The notes: generated by a model not told the origin, from the sequence alone. 64,000 bases of DNA from Thermoplasmata archaeon (GCA_027315455.1 DAHUXZ010000004.1:9009-73008); one strand, 5' to 3'; positions 1 through 9,215 are shown, counted from the first letter of the stretch. Translations and numbers: made by a program.

Positions 1-2
1 GC

Positions 3-875
3 CTAGTCGTCCTTCTTCGGAGCGGACGTCGCCGGCTTCGCGCCGGCGGCCGCCGCGGGGGCCGGGGCCGCGGTCGCCTTCGGGGCCGCCGCCTCGGTGG
101 CAGCGCCCTTCTCGGCGGCCTTGGGCTTCTCGGCCTCCTTCTTGGGGACGGGGGTCACGTACTCCTCGACGATACGGATCGTCTGCGGCTTGAGGTGGGT
201 CCGTAGCTGGTCGATCACGCGCGGCTTGGCCGCGACCCACGCGAAGTCGAACTTCGATCGGTCCGGGACCTTCACGGTGACCTCGTGGTCGTGGACCTCG
301 ATGGTGAACTCCGGACCGTGTCCGTAGGTGAGGTCGACCACCGCCCTCGCCTGGTCGGCGGGAGCGCGCACGTGCTCGACGACCTTGAACGTGCCGCGGA
401 CCTTCCGTCCCGCGAACGGCGGGTTGAAGTCGACGCGGACCCGGGCCGCGGTGAGGCTTACGACCCGTCCCCTTCGCCCCTTGATCGTGAGGACCGTACC
501 GACGTCGAGGTGGGCGTCATCCCGACGCATCTCGGGCAGGCGGGAGACCTCGTGCATCGAGAACAGCTCGATCAGCTTCGGGTCCCGCTCCCCGAACGCC
601 TCCGAGGGAGCGAACTCCTTGACGAGCTCGGTGCCGGCCTTGAGGCCCTCGAGCGCCGCCTCGATCCCCGCGGGGAAGTACTCTCCCCCGATGAGGTGGG
701 CGTGCGGACCGAACCGGTGCCCCTCGGGCACCTCGAGCTTCGCCTGCTCGGCGACCTCCTCTCGGGTCGTGTCGATCAGATCGGTGCGGCCACCGCCTTC
801 GGCCCAGAGCTCGTAATCCAAGAGAACGATCTCCCCGCTCTTCGTCGGGGCATGGTCTTCGGCGTGGGGGGACAT
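3..875 (-). CDS. FKBP-type peptidyl-prolyl cis-trans isomerase (long archaeal type) with Ala/Pro/Lys-rich C-terminal tail
   Basis: Translation shows an FKBP core with an insert-in-flap region (GGEYFPAGIEAALEGLK, VDFNPPFAGR) plus a C-terminal domain. The ORF is complete, with its stop at the window edge. Confidence 0.8.
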   Translation of the reverse strand: MSPHAEDHAPTKSGEIVLLDYELWAEGGGRTDLIDTTREEVAEQAKLEVPEGHRFGPHAHLIGGEYFPAGIEAALEGLKAGTELVKEFAPSEAFGERDPKLIELFSMHEVSRLPEMRRDDAHLDVGTVLTIKGRRGRVVSLTAARVRVDFNPPFAGRKVRGTFKVVEHVRAPADQARAVVDLTYGHGPEFTIEVHDHEVTVKVPDRSKFDFAWVAAKPRVIDQLRTHLKPQTIRIVEEYVTPVPKKEAEKPKAAEKGAATEAAAPKATAAPAPAAAAGAKPATSAPKKDD

Positions 876-899
876 GGCCGCGCGGAGCCCGGGGCCCGC

Positions 900-1964
900 T
901 TAAGGTTTTGCGGCGCCGCTCTCGGCGGCGGAACCGCTGCCGCGGCGGCCGGACCAGCCGTAGGCCAGCAGGCCGTGGAAGGCCCCCCAGAGGGTCGCCC
1001 ACCGGCGGGGGATCTCGAGGACGGCCCATCGCAGCCCCGGGTAGCGGGCGTCCTCGCGCCGCCCCCAGACGGTGAGGCCGAGCGCGAGCGCCCCGAACCC
1101 CGCCCCGGCCAGCCCGAGGAGCCACAGCCCGAGCTCTCGGGTGGACGCCGGGACGAGGAGGACCGCCCCCGCGACGGCGAGGAGCGGGAGCGCGACGTAG
1201 GGGAAGAGCCGTTGGGCGCTCGCCTCGTAGGTGCTCCGGCGACGCCGCCAGACGACGAACCCGCCCTCGGCGTAGATCCGTTGCTTGCGCAGCAGGCCGA
1301 ACGTGGAGATGTCCGAGAAGTCGTGGTCGACGCTGGCCTCCGGGACGTAGACGCCCTTCCACCCGTTCTCGAGCGCGCGCACCGCGATCTCCTGGTCCTC
1401 GCTCGCGGCGCGCCGGTAGAGCGTCGTGTCGAGGAGACCCACGGACCGGAAGACCGCGGCGCGCCAGGCGGAGTTCCCCATCGGGAGCGCGTGGGGGTTC
1501 GCCCGGGCGACCCGGTCGTAGAAGCGGCGCAGGTAGCCGTCGTAGTAGCGCGCGCCGACGCTGCGGGCGGTCCCCTCGAGCGCCGGGGTGGGGCCGCCCG
1601 TGAACCCCACCCGGGGGTCGGCGAACGGGGCGAGCAGCGCCTTCAGCCAGCCGGGGGGGGCGATCTCGTCCGCGTCCAGGAAGGCGACGAACTCCCCCGA
1701 CGCGACGCGGAGGGCGATGTTGCGGCTCTCGGGGATGTTGCCGGGAGCCGGCAGGTGCCGGATCCTCGGGTCGCGGGCGGTGAAACCCGCCGTGATCCGC
1801 TCGACCCGGTCGTCCCCGCCGCCGTCGTCGACGAGGACCTCGTCGGCCGGCCGCTCCTGGTGAAGGAGGCTCTCGAGGGTCCGCGCAATGCGGGGGTCAC
1901 GCAGCACCGTAAGGATGACCGTGACGGTGCCGGGCACGACCGGACGGAGCGGGGGCGCCGCCAT
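900..1964 (-). CDS. Family 2 glycosyltransferase with C-terminal transmembrane segments
   Basis: GT-A/GT2 hallmarks are present (VTVILTV...VDDGG...FLDADE). I chose the ATG at 1964, just downstream of the upstream gene's stop at 1970-1972. The longer tracked ORF (to 2102) would overlap the epimerase. Confidence 0.8.
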   Translation of the reverse strand: MAAPPLRPVVPGTVTVILTVLRDPRIARTLESLLHQERPADEVLVDDGGGDDRVERITAGFTARDPRIRHLPAPGNIPESRNIALRVASGEFVAFLDADEIAPPGWLKALLAPFADPRVGFTGGPTPALEGTARSVGARYYDGYLRRFYDRVARANPHALPMGNSAWRAAVFRSVGLLDTTLYRRAASEDQEIAVRALENGWKGVYVPEASVDHDFSDISTFGLLRKQRIYAEGGFVVWRRRRSTYEASAQRLFPYVALPLLAVAGAVLLVPASTRELGLWLLGLAGAGFGALALGLTVWGRREDARYPGLRWAVLEIPRRWATLWGAFHGLLAYGWSGRRGSGSAAESGAAKP

Positions 1965-1969
1965 CGCCG

Positions 1970-2932
1970 CTACGCGCGGTACCTCTCGGCGAGCTCGCGG
2001 ATGGTGAGGTCGACCGCCTGCGCGCTCGAGTAGCGTGGGCTCCATCCGAGCGCCGAGATCCGGTCGATCGCGAGAAGTTGGACCGGCACGTCGCCCGCCC
2101 AACCCCGCTCCCCGCCGCGATACTCGATCCGCGCCTTGCCCCCGCGGGCGGCGACGACCTTCTCGGCGATCTCGCGGACGCTCGTCTGGTCCTTCGTTCC
2201 GAGGTTGAAGACGCCGACCGGCGCGTTCGACCGCGCCGCGGCGACGATCATGGCGGCGACGCAGTCCTCGACCCTCAGGTAGCTCTTCGCCTGGCGTCCG
2301 TCCCCGAGGACCTCGAGGTGGCTCGGGTCCCGCTTGAGCTTCTCGAAGAAGTCGAAGATGACCCCATGGGTCATCGTCGGGCCGATGATGTTCGCGAAGC
2401 GGAAGATCGCCGCGCGCAGCCCATAGGTGTACGCATAGGCGCTCAGGAGCCCCTCGGAGGCGAGCTTGGAGGCGCCGTAGAGCGACTCAGGGAGGAGCGG
2501 GCCGTAGTCCTCGGGGGTCGGGAGCGTCTTCGGGTATCCATAGACGACGCTCGAGGAGGCGAAGAGCACCTGGGGGACCTCGGCCCGCCGGGCGGCCTCG
2601 AGGACGTTGAAGGTCGCGATCGTGCCGTGCTCGAGGTCGAGGGTCGGGTCCTCGGTCCCGCGGCGGATGTCGGGGTTCGCCGCGAGGTGCCAGGCCGCCG
2701 ACGCCCCCCGGAACGTAGAGCGGATCTCGCTGAGGTGCCGGAGGTCGGCGTGGACGACCTTGAGGCGGCCCGGAGCCGGCGGTGCGGGAAGGCGGTCGCG
2801 CCGCCCCGAGGAGAAGTTGTCGACGACCCGGACCTCGTGGCCGGCCTTGAGAAGGGCGGCGACGAGATAGACCCCGATCGCCCCTGCGCCCCCCGTCACG
2901 ACCACCGGGCTCGCCGAGGAGGAGCTCGCCAT
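1970..2932 (-). CDS. NAD-dependent epimerase/dehydratase (UDP-sugar 4-epimerase family)
   Basis: Rossmann motif VVVTGGAGAIG near the N-terminus and YGASK catalytic motif. The ATG at 2932 lies about 28 nt from the TATA-like island at 2956-2965. Confidence 0.85.
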   Translation of the reverse strand: MASSSSASPVVVTGGAGAIGVYLVAALLKAGHEVRVVDNFSSGRRDRLPAPPAPGRLKVVHADLRHLSEIRSTFRGASAAWHLAANPDIRRGTEDPTLDLEHGTIATFNVLEAARRAEVPQVLFASSSVVYGYPKTLPTPEDYGPLLPESLYGASKLASEGLLSAYAYTYGLRAAIFRFANIIGPTMTHGVIFDFFEKLKRDPSHLEVLGDGRQAKSYLRVEDCVAAMIVAAARSNAPVGVFNLGTKDQTSVREIAEKVVAARGGKARIEYRGGERGWAGDVPVQLLAIDRISALGWSPRYSSAQAVDLTIRELAERYRA

Positions 2933-2955
2933 AGGGAACGTTCGGACAAGGGAAG

Positions 2956-2965
2956 CATATATAAG
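2956..2965. promoter_or_regulatory. AT-rich TATA-like island (CATATATAAG), possibly a bidirectional promoter
   Basis: Isolated AT-rich octamer in GC-rich DNA. It lies about 28 nt upstream of the minus-strand epimerase ATG (2932, leaderless-like spacing) and about 50 nt upstream of the plus-strand ATG at 3011. Confidence 0.45.
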
Positions 2966-3010
2966 AGAAAGGTCGCCTAAAGGCGACCGAGTCTGTTCTC
3001 GGACGGTACC

Positions 3011-3235
3011 ATGCGCACCTACGTTCGGATGATCTTCCACTCGGAGGGAGCCGACCCCCAGACGGTCCTGCGTGTCATGCGCGACCTGGGGTTCGAGGAG
3101 TCAATGGGCATGCACGACTTCGTCTACAAGTGGAAGGAGAAGGCGACCTTCGACGAAGTGATCAAGCTCATCACCGAGATGCACCGGCGCATGAAGGGTC
3201 TCGACGTGAACTACGAGATCACGACCATCTCGTAG
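3011..3235 (+). CDS. Small hypothetical protein (74 aa), alpha/beta-like composition
   Basis: ATG-initiated ORF with a balanced, non-Arg/Pro-rich composition, unlike the spurious ORFs here, and a promoter-like island upstream. I recognise no family. Confidence 0.55.
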   Translation: MRTYVRMIFHSEGADPQTVLRVMRDLGFEESMGMHDFVYKWKEKATFDEVIKLITEMHRRMKGLDVNYEITTIS

Positions 3236-3260
3236 CGCGAACCCCGCGCAAGGGGCGTTC

Positions 3261-3668
3261 ATGGCCAAGGAGGACCTCGAGCCGCTCGAGCGGTCCCTCC
3301 TCGTCCACCTCCTCGATCATCGCGGCCAGCAGGTCCGTTTCGAGGCCGACCAGTGGACCACGGAGTTCGGCATCTACCGCGCGTTCGCGCAGGTGCCGAA
3401 CGGCGCCGTGAAGAACGCGCTGCGCGCCCTCGAGATGAGCCGGTACGTCTACCGCCGGGTCCAGTACGTGATCGGCTACAGCGAGCCCAAGCTCGTCTTC
3501 TCGCTCACTCCGAGCGGCCACCGCAAGGCCCTCGACCTCCGCCGGGGGGAGACCCCCATCGGCGCGATCCCCCCCGGCGCGCTCGGCAACGGCGACCCGA
3601 ACCCGCCCCCCGATGCAGACCTTGTCCCGTGGGCCCCGAACCCAGGGCCGGCCGTCCGGGACGCCTGA
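3261..3668 (+). CDS. Putative winged-helix DNA-binding protein
   Basis: The N-terminal ~100 aa resemble a wHTH (LLVHLLD...GIYRAF...VKNALRALEMSRYVYRR...YSLTPSG). The C-terminal tail is Pro-rich. Confidence 0.5.
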   Translation: MAKEDLEPLERSLLVHLLDHRGQQVRFEADQWTTEFGIYRAFAQVPNGAVKNALRALEMSRYVYRRVQYVIGYSEPKLVFSLTPSGHRKALDLRRGETPIGAIPPGALGNGDPNPPPDADLVPWAPNPGPAVRDA

Positions 3669-3672
3669 GGCC

Positions 3673-4230
3673 GTGGCGCTCCCGACGCTCGAGGGGCCCC
3701 AGGTCCGCCTCCGGCCCCCGGCACCGGCCGACTACGACCTCCTGTTCGGCTGGTACAACGACCCGGAGGTGATCGCCCCGTTCGACCGGTTCACGGCCGA
3801 CACCTACGCGTCGTTCCGCGAGGGCGTCGAGTCGGCCCCGGACGACCCCGCGTCGCTCGCCCCGCGCTTCGTCGTCGAGCTCCGCGAGGACGGACGCGTG
3901 GTCGGGCTGGTCGGCTACTATCGGGCCCATCCGGTGCTGACGCTCACGGACGTCTGGTACGTCCTCGGCGACACCACGGTGCGCGGGCGCGGTCTCGGAC
4001 GCGAGGCGGTGGGGCTGCTGGTGGACTTCCTCTTCCATGACCAACCCCTCGAGCGGGTCGGCGCGACGACGGACGTCGAGAACGGTCCGTCCTCCCGGCT
4101 CCTCGAGGGCCTCGGGTTCCGGAAAGAGGGTACGATCCGGGCCGGCCTGTTCCATCACGCCCGCTGGCACGATGTCGCCGTCTACGGCGTCACGCGCTCG
4201 GAGTGGGCGGAGCGTCCCCGGTCCGTGTGA
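3673..4230 (+). CDS. GNAT family N-acetyltransferase (RimJ/RimL-like)
   Basis: GNAT core VGLVGYY...RGRGLGREAV...LGFRKEG. An in-frame GTG at 3673 avoids overlapping the previous gene. The ATG at 3613 is an alternative start. Confidence 0.75.
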   Translation: MALPTLEGPQVRLRPPAPADYDLLFGWYNDPEVIAPFDRFTADTYASFREGVESAPDDPASLAPRFVVELREDGRVVGLVGYYRAHPVLTLTDVWYVLGDTTVRGRGLGREAVGLLVDFLFHDQPLERVGATTDVENGPSSRLLEGLGFRKEGTIRAGLFHHARWHDVAVYGVTRSEWAERPRSV

Positions 4231-4945
4231 ACGGGAGTCGGGACGCCGGCCCGGGAAGCGGCACGGTGGCGTGGAGCTGGATCCCTCCGAGCTCGGCGGT
4301 CGAGCGGACGTGGGTGCCCCCGCACGGGCACACGTCCATCCCCTCGATCTCGATGACCCGTACCGGGTCGACCTGCGGCGCGAGCGGTACGAGCCCGGAC
4401 CTCGGCGACGGCGCGCGGTCCCACTGTGCCCGGGGGACGAACGCGATGCGGACCGACCGGGCCTCCCGGATCCGTTCCTCCACGTCGTGAGCGAGGGCGT
4501 CGAGGCTCTCCGTCGGGGGCCATGGACCGTCGAGGTCGATGGTCCCACTGTCCCCGGAGAACCGGGCGTGGTGCGTCCGCCGGCCGGTCCGCTCGAACAG
4601 CCGCGCGCTCAGGAGGTGCTGGAGGGTGTGTAGACGCATGTGACGGTAGCGCCGGTCCCAATCGATCGTGCCGGTGACCGCATCGCCCACGTGCAGGGCG
4701 GGCGCCGCACGGTCTCGGTCGAGACGGTGGACGACGTGGGGGCCGCTGCGCAGCACGTCGACGACCGCCCGTCGCCGTCCGTCCGCGAGCTCGAGGCTCC
4801 CGTGATCGGCCGGCTGACCGCCGCCCTCGGGGTAGAAGAAGGTCCGGTCGAGGACGACGCCTCCCGGCGGCAGCGCGGTCACCCGGGCACGAAAGGTGCG
4901 CTCGTAGGCGGCGTCGCTGCCGGCCAGGTAGGCGAGCTCGGTCAC
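4190..4945 (-). CDS. alaX: Alanyl-tRNA editing protein AlaX (AlaRS second additional domain family)
   Basis: Zinc/editing motifs HTLQHLL and CPCGGTH. GTG start at 4945. Confidence 0.85.
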   Translation of the reverse strand: MTELAYLAGSDAAYERTFRARVTALPPGGVVLDRTFFYPEGGGQPADHGSLELADGRRRAVVDVLRSGPHVVHRLDRDRAAPALHVGDAVTGTIDWDRRYRHMRLHTLQHLLSARLFERTGRRTHHARFSGDSGTIDLDGPWPPTESLDALAHDVEERIREARSVRIAFVPRAQWDRAPSPRSGLVPLAPQVDPVRVIEIEGMDVCPCGGTHVRSTAELGGIQLHATVPLPGPASRLPFTRTGDAPPTPSA

Positions 4946-5102
4946 CGTCCTGGACGAGCCGGGGTGGGACTAAGGCGTTGCCCCTGGGGACCGGCCGATC
5001 CGCCGTCGGGTCGGCCACCGGGGCGATCGAGGCCGGACGACGGGGGTCCGGGGCCGTCGCGGCGCCGGCACCGTTCCGCGGCGGCCGGGGCGGAGAAACC
5101 CC

Positions 5103-5108
5103 TTATAA
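5103..5108 (+). promoter_or_regulatory. TATA-like box (TTATAA) upstream of PCNA
   Basis: AT island about 35-40 nt upstream of the PCNA ATG (5143), followed by GGAGG. Confidence 0.4.
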
Positions 5109-5142
5109 GGAGGCCGCTTGTAGCGCCGCCCCGAGGGTTGCG

Positions 5143-5880
5143 ATGTTCAAGGCGAAGATCAAGATGGAGGTCCTCCGGGAGCTCGTCGAGGTCATCTCGA
5201 CGCTCGTCTCCGAGGTGAAGCTCTCGATCTCCAAGGACGGCATCGGCGTCAAGGCCGTCGACCCGTCCCACGTCGCGATGCTCGTCCTCGATCTCAACAA
5301 GAGCGCCTTCGAGGAGTTCGCCGGCGAGGCGACCGAGATCGGCGTCGACATCGAGAAGCTCAAGGAGGTCCTCCGGCTCTCGAAGCCCGGCGACCTCCTC
5401 GACCTCCAGTTCGACGGCGGGAAGAACCGCCTCGTGATCAAGGTCGGGAACGTCACCCGGCACATGTCGATCGTCGACCCCGCCGGGATCACGGACCCCA
5501 AGGTCCCGAACGTCTCGCCGCCGGGCGTCGCCACGGTCAAGATGGACGAGCTCCGCCAGGGCATCCGCGGCAGCGAGAGCATCAGCGACCACGTGACCCT
5601 CACGCTCGAGCCCGAGTCGTTCACGATGCACTCCGAGGGGGAGACCGACCGCGTCGACATGCGCCTCGGCAAGGAGGCGCTCACGCGCCTCGAGAGCAAG
5701 GAGTCGGTCAAGAGCATGTACCCGCTCGACTTCTTCTCGAGCATGGTGAAGTCGATCACCTCGAGCGACGAGGTGACGCTGCACGTCGGCAACGAGTACC
5801 CGCTCAAGATCGAGTTCGACGTCGCCGGTGGAAAGGGCAAGGGCCGCTTCCTTCTCGCCCCGCGGGTCGAGGAAGACTAG
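5143..5880 (+). CDS. pcn: DNA polymerase sliding clamp PCNA
   Basis: Typical archaeal PCNA sequence from MFKAKIK... to ...FLLAPRVEED, 245 aa. The tracked ORF starts earlier (4978), but that upstream portion is Arg/Gly-rich. Confidence 0.95.
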   Translation: MFKAKIKMEVLRELVEVISTLVSEVKLSISKDGIGVKAVDPSHVAMLVLDLNKSAFEEFAGEATEIGVDIEKLKEVLRLSKPGDLLDLQFDGGKNRLVIKVGNVTRHMSIVDPAGITDPKVPNVSPPGVATVKMDELRQGIRGSESISDHVTLTLEPESFTMHSEGETDRVDMRLGKEALTRLESKESVKSMYPLDFFSSMVKSITSSDEVTLHVGNEYPLKIEFDVAGGKGKGRFLLAPRVEED

Positions 5881-5951
5881 GGCGGTCGCACCGGGGCCTG
5901 CCCGGGGCGTCCGGGCGCCAGCGTCTTAATCGCGCCCCGGGTGGACCGTCC

Positions 5952-7154
5952 GTGTCCGCTTCCCTTCCACGCGTAGCGCTCCTCAGCGCCGCCCGCACCC
6001 CGATCGGCAAGTACGGAGGGGCCCTGCGCGCGGCTCCGGCGGTCGCCCTCGGGACCGTCGCCGCCCGCGCGGCGCTCGACCGGGCGCACGTGCCGCCGGC
6101 CGAGGCGCCGGCGCTCTTCTTCGGCCACTGCATCCAGGCCGGCACGGGGCAGAACCCCGCGCGTCAGGTCCTGCGCGGCGCGGGGCTCCCCGACACGGCC
6201 GGTGGGGTCACGATCAACATGGTCTGCGGCTCGGGGATGCAGGCGATCCTGAGCGCCACGGCCGCGGTCCGCTCCGGGGACTTCGACCTGGCCGTGGCCG
6301 GCGGGATGGAGAGCATGTCGTCGGCGCCGTACCTCGTTCCCGGGGCCGCCCGATGGGGGCTCCGCTACGGGTCCGTCCCGCTCGAGGACGCGGTGCTCCG
6401 CGACAGCCTCTGGGACGCGTACGGGGAGCACGAGCACATGGGACTCACGGGCGAGCGGATCGCCCTCGACTACCACCTCACGCGCGCCGACGTCGACGCC
6501 TTCGCCCTGCGCAGCCATCTCTCCGCGGCACGCGCGGGCCGGGACGGCTCCTTCCGCGCGGAGCTCGTCGAGGTGCCGGCGGCGCTCACCCCCGGCGGCC
6601 GGGGTCTCGTCGCCGACGAGGGACCGCGCGGGGACTCGACGCTCGAGGGCCTCACCCGGTTGCGGCCCGCGTTCCGCCCGGACGGGATCCTGACGGCGGG
6701 CAACTCCTCGCAGCTCTCCGACGGGGCGGCAGCGATCGTCCTCGCCTCGGAGGCCGAGGTCGCCCGTCGCGACCTAAGACCGCTCGCCTGGATCCACAGC
6801 GGCATGGTGAGCGGGGTCGACCCGTCGCACGTCATGGCCTCGCCGATCCCCACGGTCCGCCGCCACCTCGAGCGCACCGGGTTCTCGCCCGGCGACTTCG
6901 ACCGGATCGAGCACAACGAGGCGTTCGCCTCCGCGTCGCTCGCCGTCCAGCGGGCGTTCGGCTTCGCCGACGACCGGTTCAACGTGCACGGGGGCGCCGT
7001 CGCGCTCGGCCATCCGATCGGAGCGAGCGGGGCGCGGATCGTCGTCACGCTCGCCCACGAGCTGCTCCGCGCGAAGGGCCACCTCGGTCTCGCCACCCTG
7101 TGCATGGGCGGCGGGAACGGGCTCAGCCTGATCCTCGACCGGCGGGACCTGTAG
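5952..7154 (+). CDS. Acetyl-CoA C-acetyltransferase (bacterial-type thiolase II)
   Basis: Thiolase signatures NMVCGSGMQAI (active-site Cys), GMESMS, NEAFA, GGAVALGHPIGASGARI, CMGGGNG. GTG start. Confidence 0.9.
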   Translation: MSASLPRVALLSAARTPIGKYGGALRAAPAVALGTVAARAALDRAHVPPAEAPALFFGHCIQAGTGQNPARQVLRGAGLPDTAGGVTINMVCGSGMQAILSATAAVRSGDFDLAVAGGMESMSSAPYLVPGAARWGLRYGSVPLEDAVLRDSLWDAYGEHEHMGLTGERIALDYHLTRADVDAFALRSHLSAARAGRDGSFRAELVEVPAALTPGGRGLVADEGPRGDSTLEGLTRLRPAFRPDGILTAGNSSQLSDGAAAIVLASEAEVARRDLRPLAWIHSGMVSGVDPSHVMASPIPTVRRHLERTGFSPGDFDRIEHNEAFASASLAVQRAFGFADDRFNVHGGAVALGHPIGASGARIVVTLAHELLRAKGHLGLATLCMGGGNGLSLILDRRDL

Positions 7155-8373
7155 GCCCCGCGAGACGGATCCCGAGGACCCGCTCGATGCGGGCGATCGC
7201 ACGGCGAGCGGCCGGCCCTCCGCCCCGCGCGACGCGGGGGTTCGCCCGGCCGGCGAGCTCGGCGGAGAAGGCGCGAAGCCGGTCGAACGCCTCGGCGGTG
7301 CGGAAGCCGTCCTCGAGGTCCTCGAGCACGCCGTCCGCGAGGGCAGTGAACGCGCGGGGGTCGACCGAACCACCGGCACCGGGGGCGAGCGCAAAGCGGA
7401 ACCGGCGGGCGATCTCCTCCCGCTCGTCGCTCGCCGCGGCGAGGGCCTCGGCGCTCCAGCGCAACGGCCGGTAGAACGGCGGGGCGAGCAGGTACCAGCG
7501 CAGCGCGTCCCGGCCGTGGTCGGCGAGGGCCGAGCGCAGCGGCACCAGGTTGCCGATCGACTTCGACATCTTCCGGCCGCCCTCCAGGACGAACCCGGTG
7601 TGCACGAACGTCCGCGCGAACGGGGTATGGTCGAGGGTGAGCGCGATCTCGTTGCCGGCGTAGTGGTGGGGGTAGACCAGGTCGACGCCGCCGCCGTGGA
7701 GGTCCAGGGGGACGGCGACGAGGTCGCGGGCCATCGTGTAGCACTCGAGATGCCAGCCCGGGACGCCGCGCCCCCACGGGCTCGGCCAGGAGGGGAGCGG
7801 GGGCTCCTGCCGCTTCCAGACGAGGAACTCGCGCGGGATCTCGCCGGACGGCCCGAAGGGGTGGCCCGGCTCCGGGACGGCGTGGTCCTCGAGCTCCGAG
7901 CCGACGGAGAAGTTGCGCGGGTCGTGCGCGTCCTCGGGGAAGTACATCCACCCCTCCTCGCCGCGGCGCACCCGACCGTGGCGGTCGAGGGCCCGGGCGA
8001 CCTCGATCATGCGCGGGACGAAGTCGCTCGCCCGCGGCCGCAGGTGGGGGCGCAGCACGCCGAGGCCCGCGAGGTCCCGCCAGAAGGCGCGCTCCTCCTG
8101 GCGCGCGAGGTCCTTCCAGGCGAGGCCCAGGGCGTCGGCCCGGTGGGAGATCTTGTCCTCCACGTCGGTGATGTTGAGGACGTGGCGGACCGGCACGCCG
8201 CGCTCGCCCAGGAGGCGGCGGATCACGTCGAAGTAGAGGTAGGTCCGGGCGTGGCCGACGTGGGTCAGGTCGTAGACCGTCGGCCCGCAGACGTACAGGG
8301 CCAGCGGCCGGCCGGCCTCGGGCCGCACCTCGTGGGTGTCCCCGCTGAGGGAATCGCGGACCCGGAGGACCAT
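7123..8373 (-). CDS. cysS: Cysteinyl-tRNA synthetase
   Basis: Class I motifs HVGH (HIGH) and KMSKS, with the CGPTVYD context. ATG at 8373; the tracked ORF extends spuriously to 8745. Confidence 0.9.
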   Translation of the reverse strand: MVLRVRDSLSGDTHEVRPEAGRPLALYVCGPTVYDLTHVGHARTYLYFDVIRRLLGERGVPVRHVLNITDVEDKISHRADALGLAWKDLARQEERAFWRDLAGLGVLRPHLRPRASDFVPRMIEVARALDRHGRVRRGEEGWMYFPEDAHDPRNFSVGSELEDHAVPEPGHPFGPSGEIPREFLVWKRQEPPLPSWPSPWGRGVPGWHLECYTMARDLVAVPLDLHGGGVDLVYPHHYAGNEIALTLDHTPFARTFVHTGFVLEGGRKMSKSIGNLVPLRSALADHGRDALRWYLLAPPFYRPLRWSAEALAAASDEREEIARRFRFALAPGAGGSVDPRAFTALADGVLEDLEDGFRTAEAFDRLRAFSAELAGRANPRVARGGGPAARRAIARIERVLGIRLAGPTGPAGRGSG

Positions 8374-8490
8374 CGTAGGTCGTCGGCCCGCATCCGCGTT
8401 TAACGCTTTGGACCGCGCACGACGGCACCGACGGCTCGGCAGCTTCAAGTGCCGGGCGGGGCGTAGGCCGCCCGGGACCGGTCGTCGGCG

Positions 8491-8727
8491 ATGGAGACCC
8501 TCTACCTGCTCGTCGAGACCGAGGTCGGGGGCCTGGAGGAGGTCGCCCGGCGGATCCGCGGGTTCCCGAACGTCGTCGAGGTCGAGGGCGTCACGGGACC
8601 GTTCGACCTCATCGTGAAGATCCAGGCCGACCGGATCGACACGGCCCTCGACGTCGTCATGAACCGCGTCCGGCGGGTGCCGGGGATCAAGAGCACCGAG
8701 ACCCTCGTCACCGTGAGCGGCCCCTAG
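8491..8727 (+). CDS. Stand-alone Lrp/AsnC ligand-binding (RAM) domain protein
   Basis: 78-aa protein with the pattern LVETEVG...V...I...P.V.EV..VTGPFDLIVKI, typical of AsnC_trans_reg domains. Confidence 0.7.
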   Translation: METLYLLVETEVGGLEEVARRIRGFPNVVEVEGVTGPFDLIVKIQADRIDTALDVVMNRVRRVPGIKSTETLVTVSGP

Positions 8728-8743
8728 CGCCGCCCGCGGCCGC

Positions 8744-8750
8744 ATATATA
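8744..8750 (+). promoter_or_regulatory. TATA box (ATATATA) for the peroxiredoxin gene
   Basis: AT island 22-28 nt upstream of the ATG at 8772, which is leaderless-type spacing. Confidence 0.5.
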
Positions 8751-8771
8751 CCGGCGTCTCCCTTCCGCGGC

Positions 8772-9215
8772 ATGCCCGACATCGGCGAGCCCGCCCCGGA
8801 GTTCGACGCGACGATCGCCTCGGGAGCCTCCCTGCGCCTGTCCTCGTTGCGGGGGGCCCCCGTCGTCCTGTACTTCTACCCCGAGGCCGACACCCCGGGC
8901 TGCACGATCGAATCGAAGGGGTTCCGGGACCTCTACCCCGCGCTGCGCGCGAAGGGCGTCCATGTGATCGGCGTGAGCGTCGACCCGGTCGAGGCCCAGG
9001 CGGCCTTCGCGGGCAAGTACGGGCTGCCGTTCCCGCTCGTCGCCGACACCTCGAAGGAGGTCGCGCAGCACTTCGGCGCCCTGGGACGGAACGGGAAGGC
9101 GCGCCGCATGACCTTCTTCCTCTCGCCGGAGGGGACCATCGAGGAGGTCGTGAACTCGAGCAACGCCGACGTCCACGTCGGGCGCGCCCGCGCGCGCTAC
9201 CTCGGCGGCGCCTAG
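8772..9215 (+). CDS. bcp: Thiol peroxidase / peroxiredoxin Bcp
   Basis: AhpC/TSA fold with the peroxidatic motif FYPEADTPGCT. Confidence 0.9.
   Translation: MPDIGEPAPEFDATIASGASLRLSSLRGAPVVLYFYPEADTPGCTIESKGFRDLYPALRAKGVHVIGVSVDPVEAQAAFAGKYGLPFPLVADTSKEVAQHFGALGRNGKARRMTFFLSPEGTIEEVVNSSNADVHVGRARARYLGGA

Noticed and set aside
285-2033. 582-aa plus-strand ORF antisense to the FKBP and GT2 genes. It is representative of many similar long ORFs: 6470-8428(-), 8724-10994(-), 11142-13427(-), 14276-16186(-), 16365-18077(+), 22950-24962(+), 46729-48753(-), 50140-52455(+), 55261-57303(+), 58408-59466(-), 59773-61197(-).
   Set aside because: The translations are Arg/Pro/Gly/Ala/Asp-rich low-complexity strings with no recognisable motifs. 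Each lies antisense or out of frame to a gene with clear family signatures. Long stop-free frames are expected at about 70% GC.
4946-5142. 197-bp divergent spacer between alaX and the PCNA gene, containing the GGCCGA...TCGGCC hairpin. I examined it for an ncRNA.
   Set aside because: I found no recognisable RNA family signature, only short GC-rich stems that are expected by composition. Whether it is an ncRNA cannot be decided without expression or covariation data.
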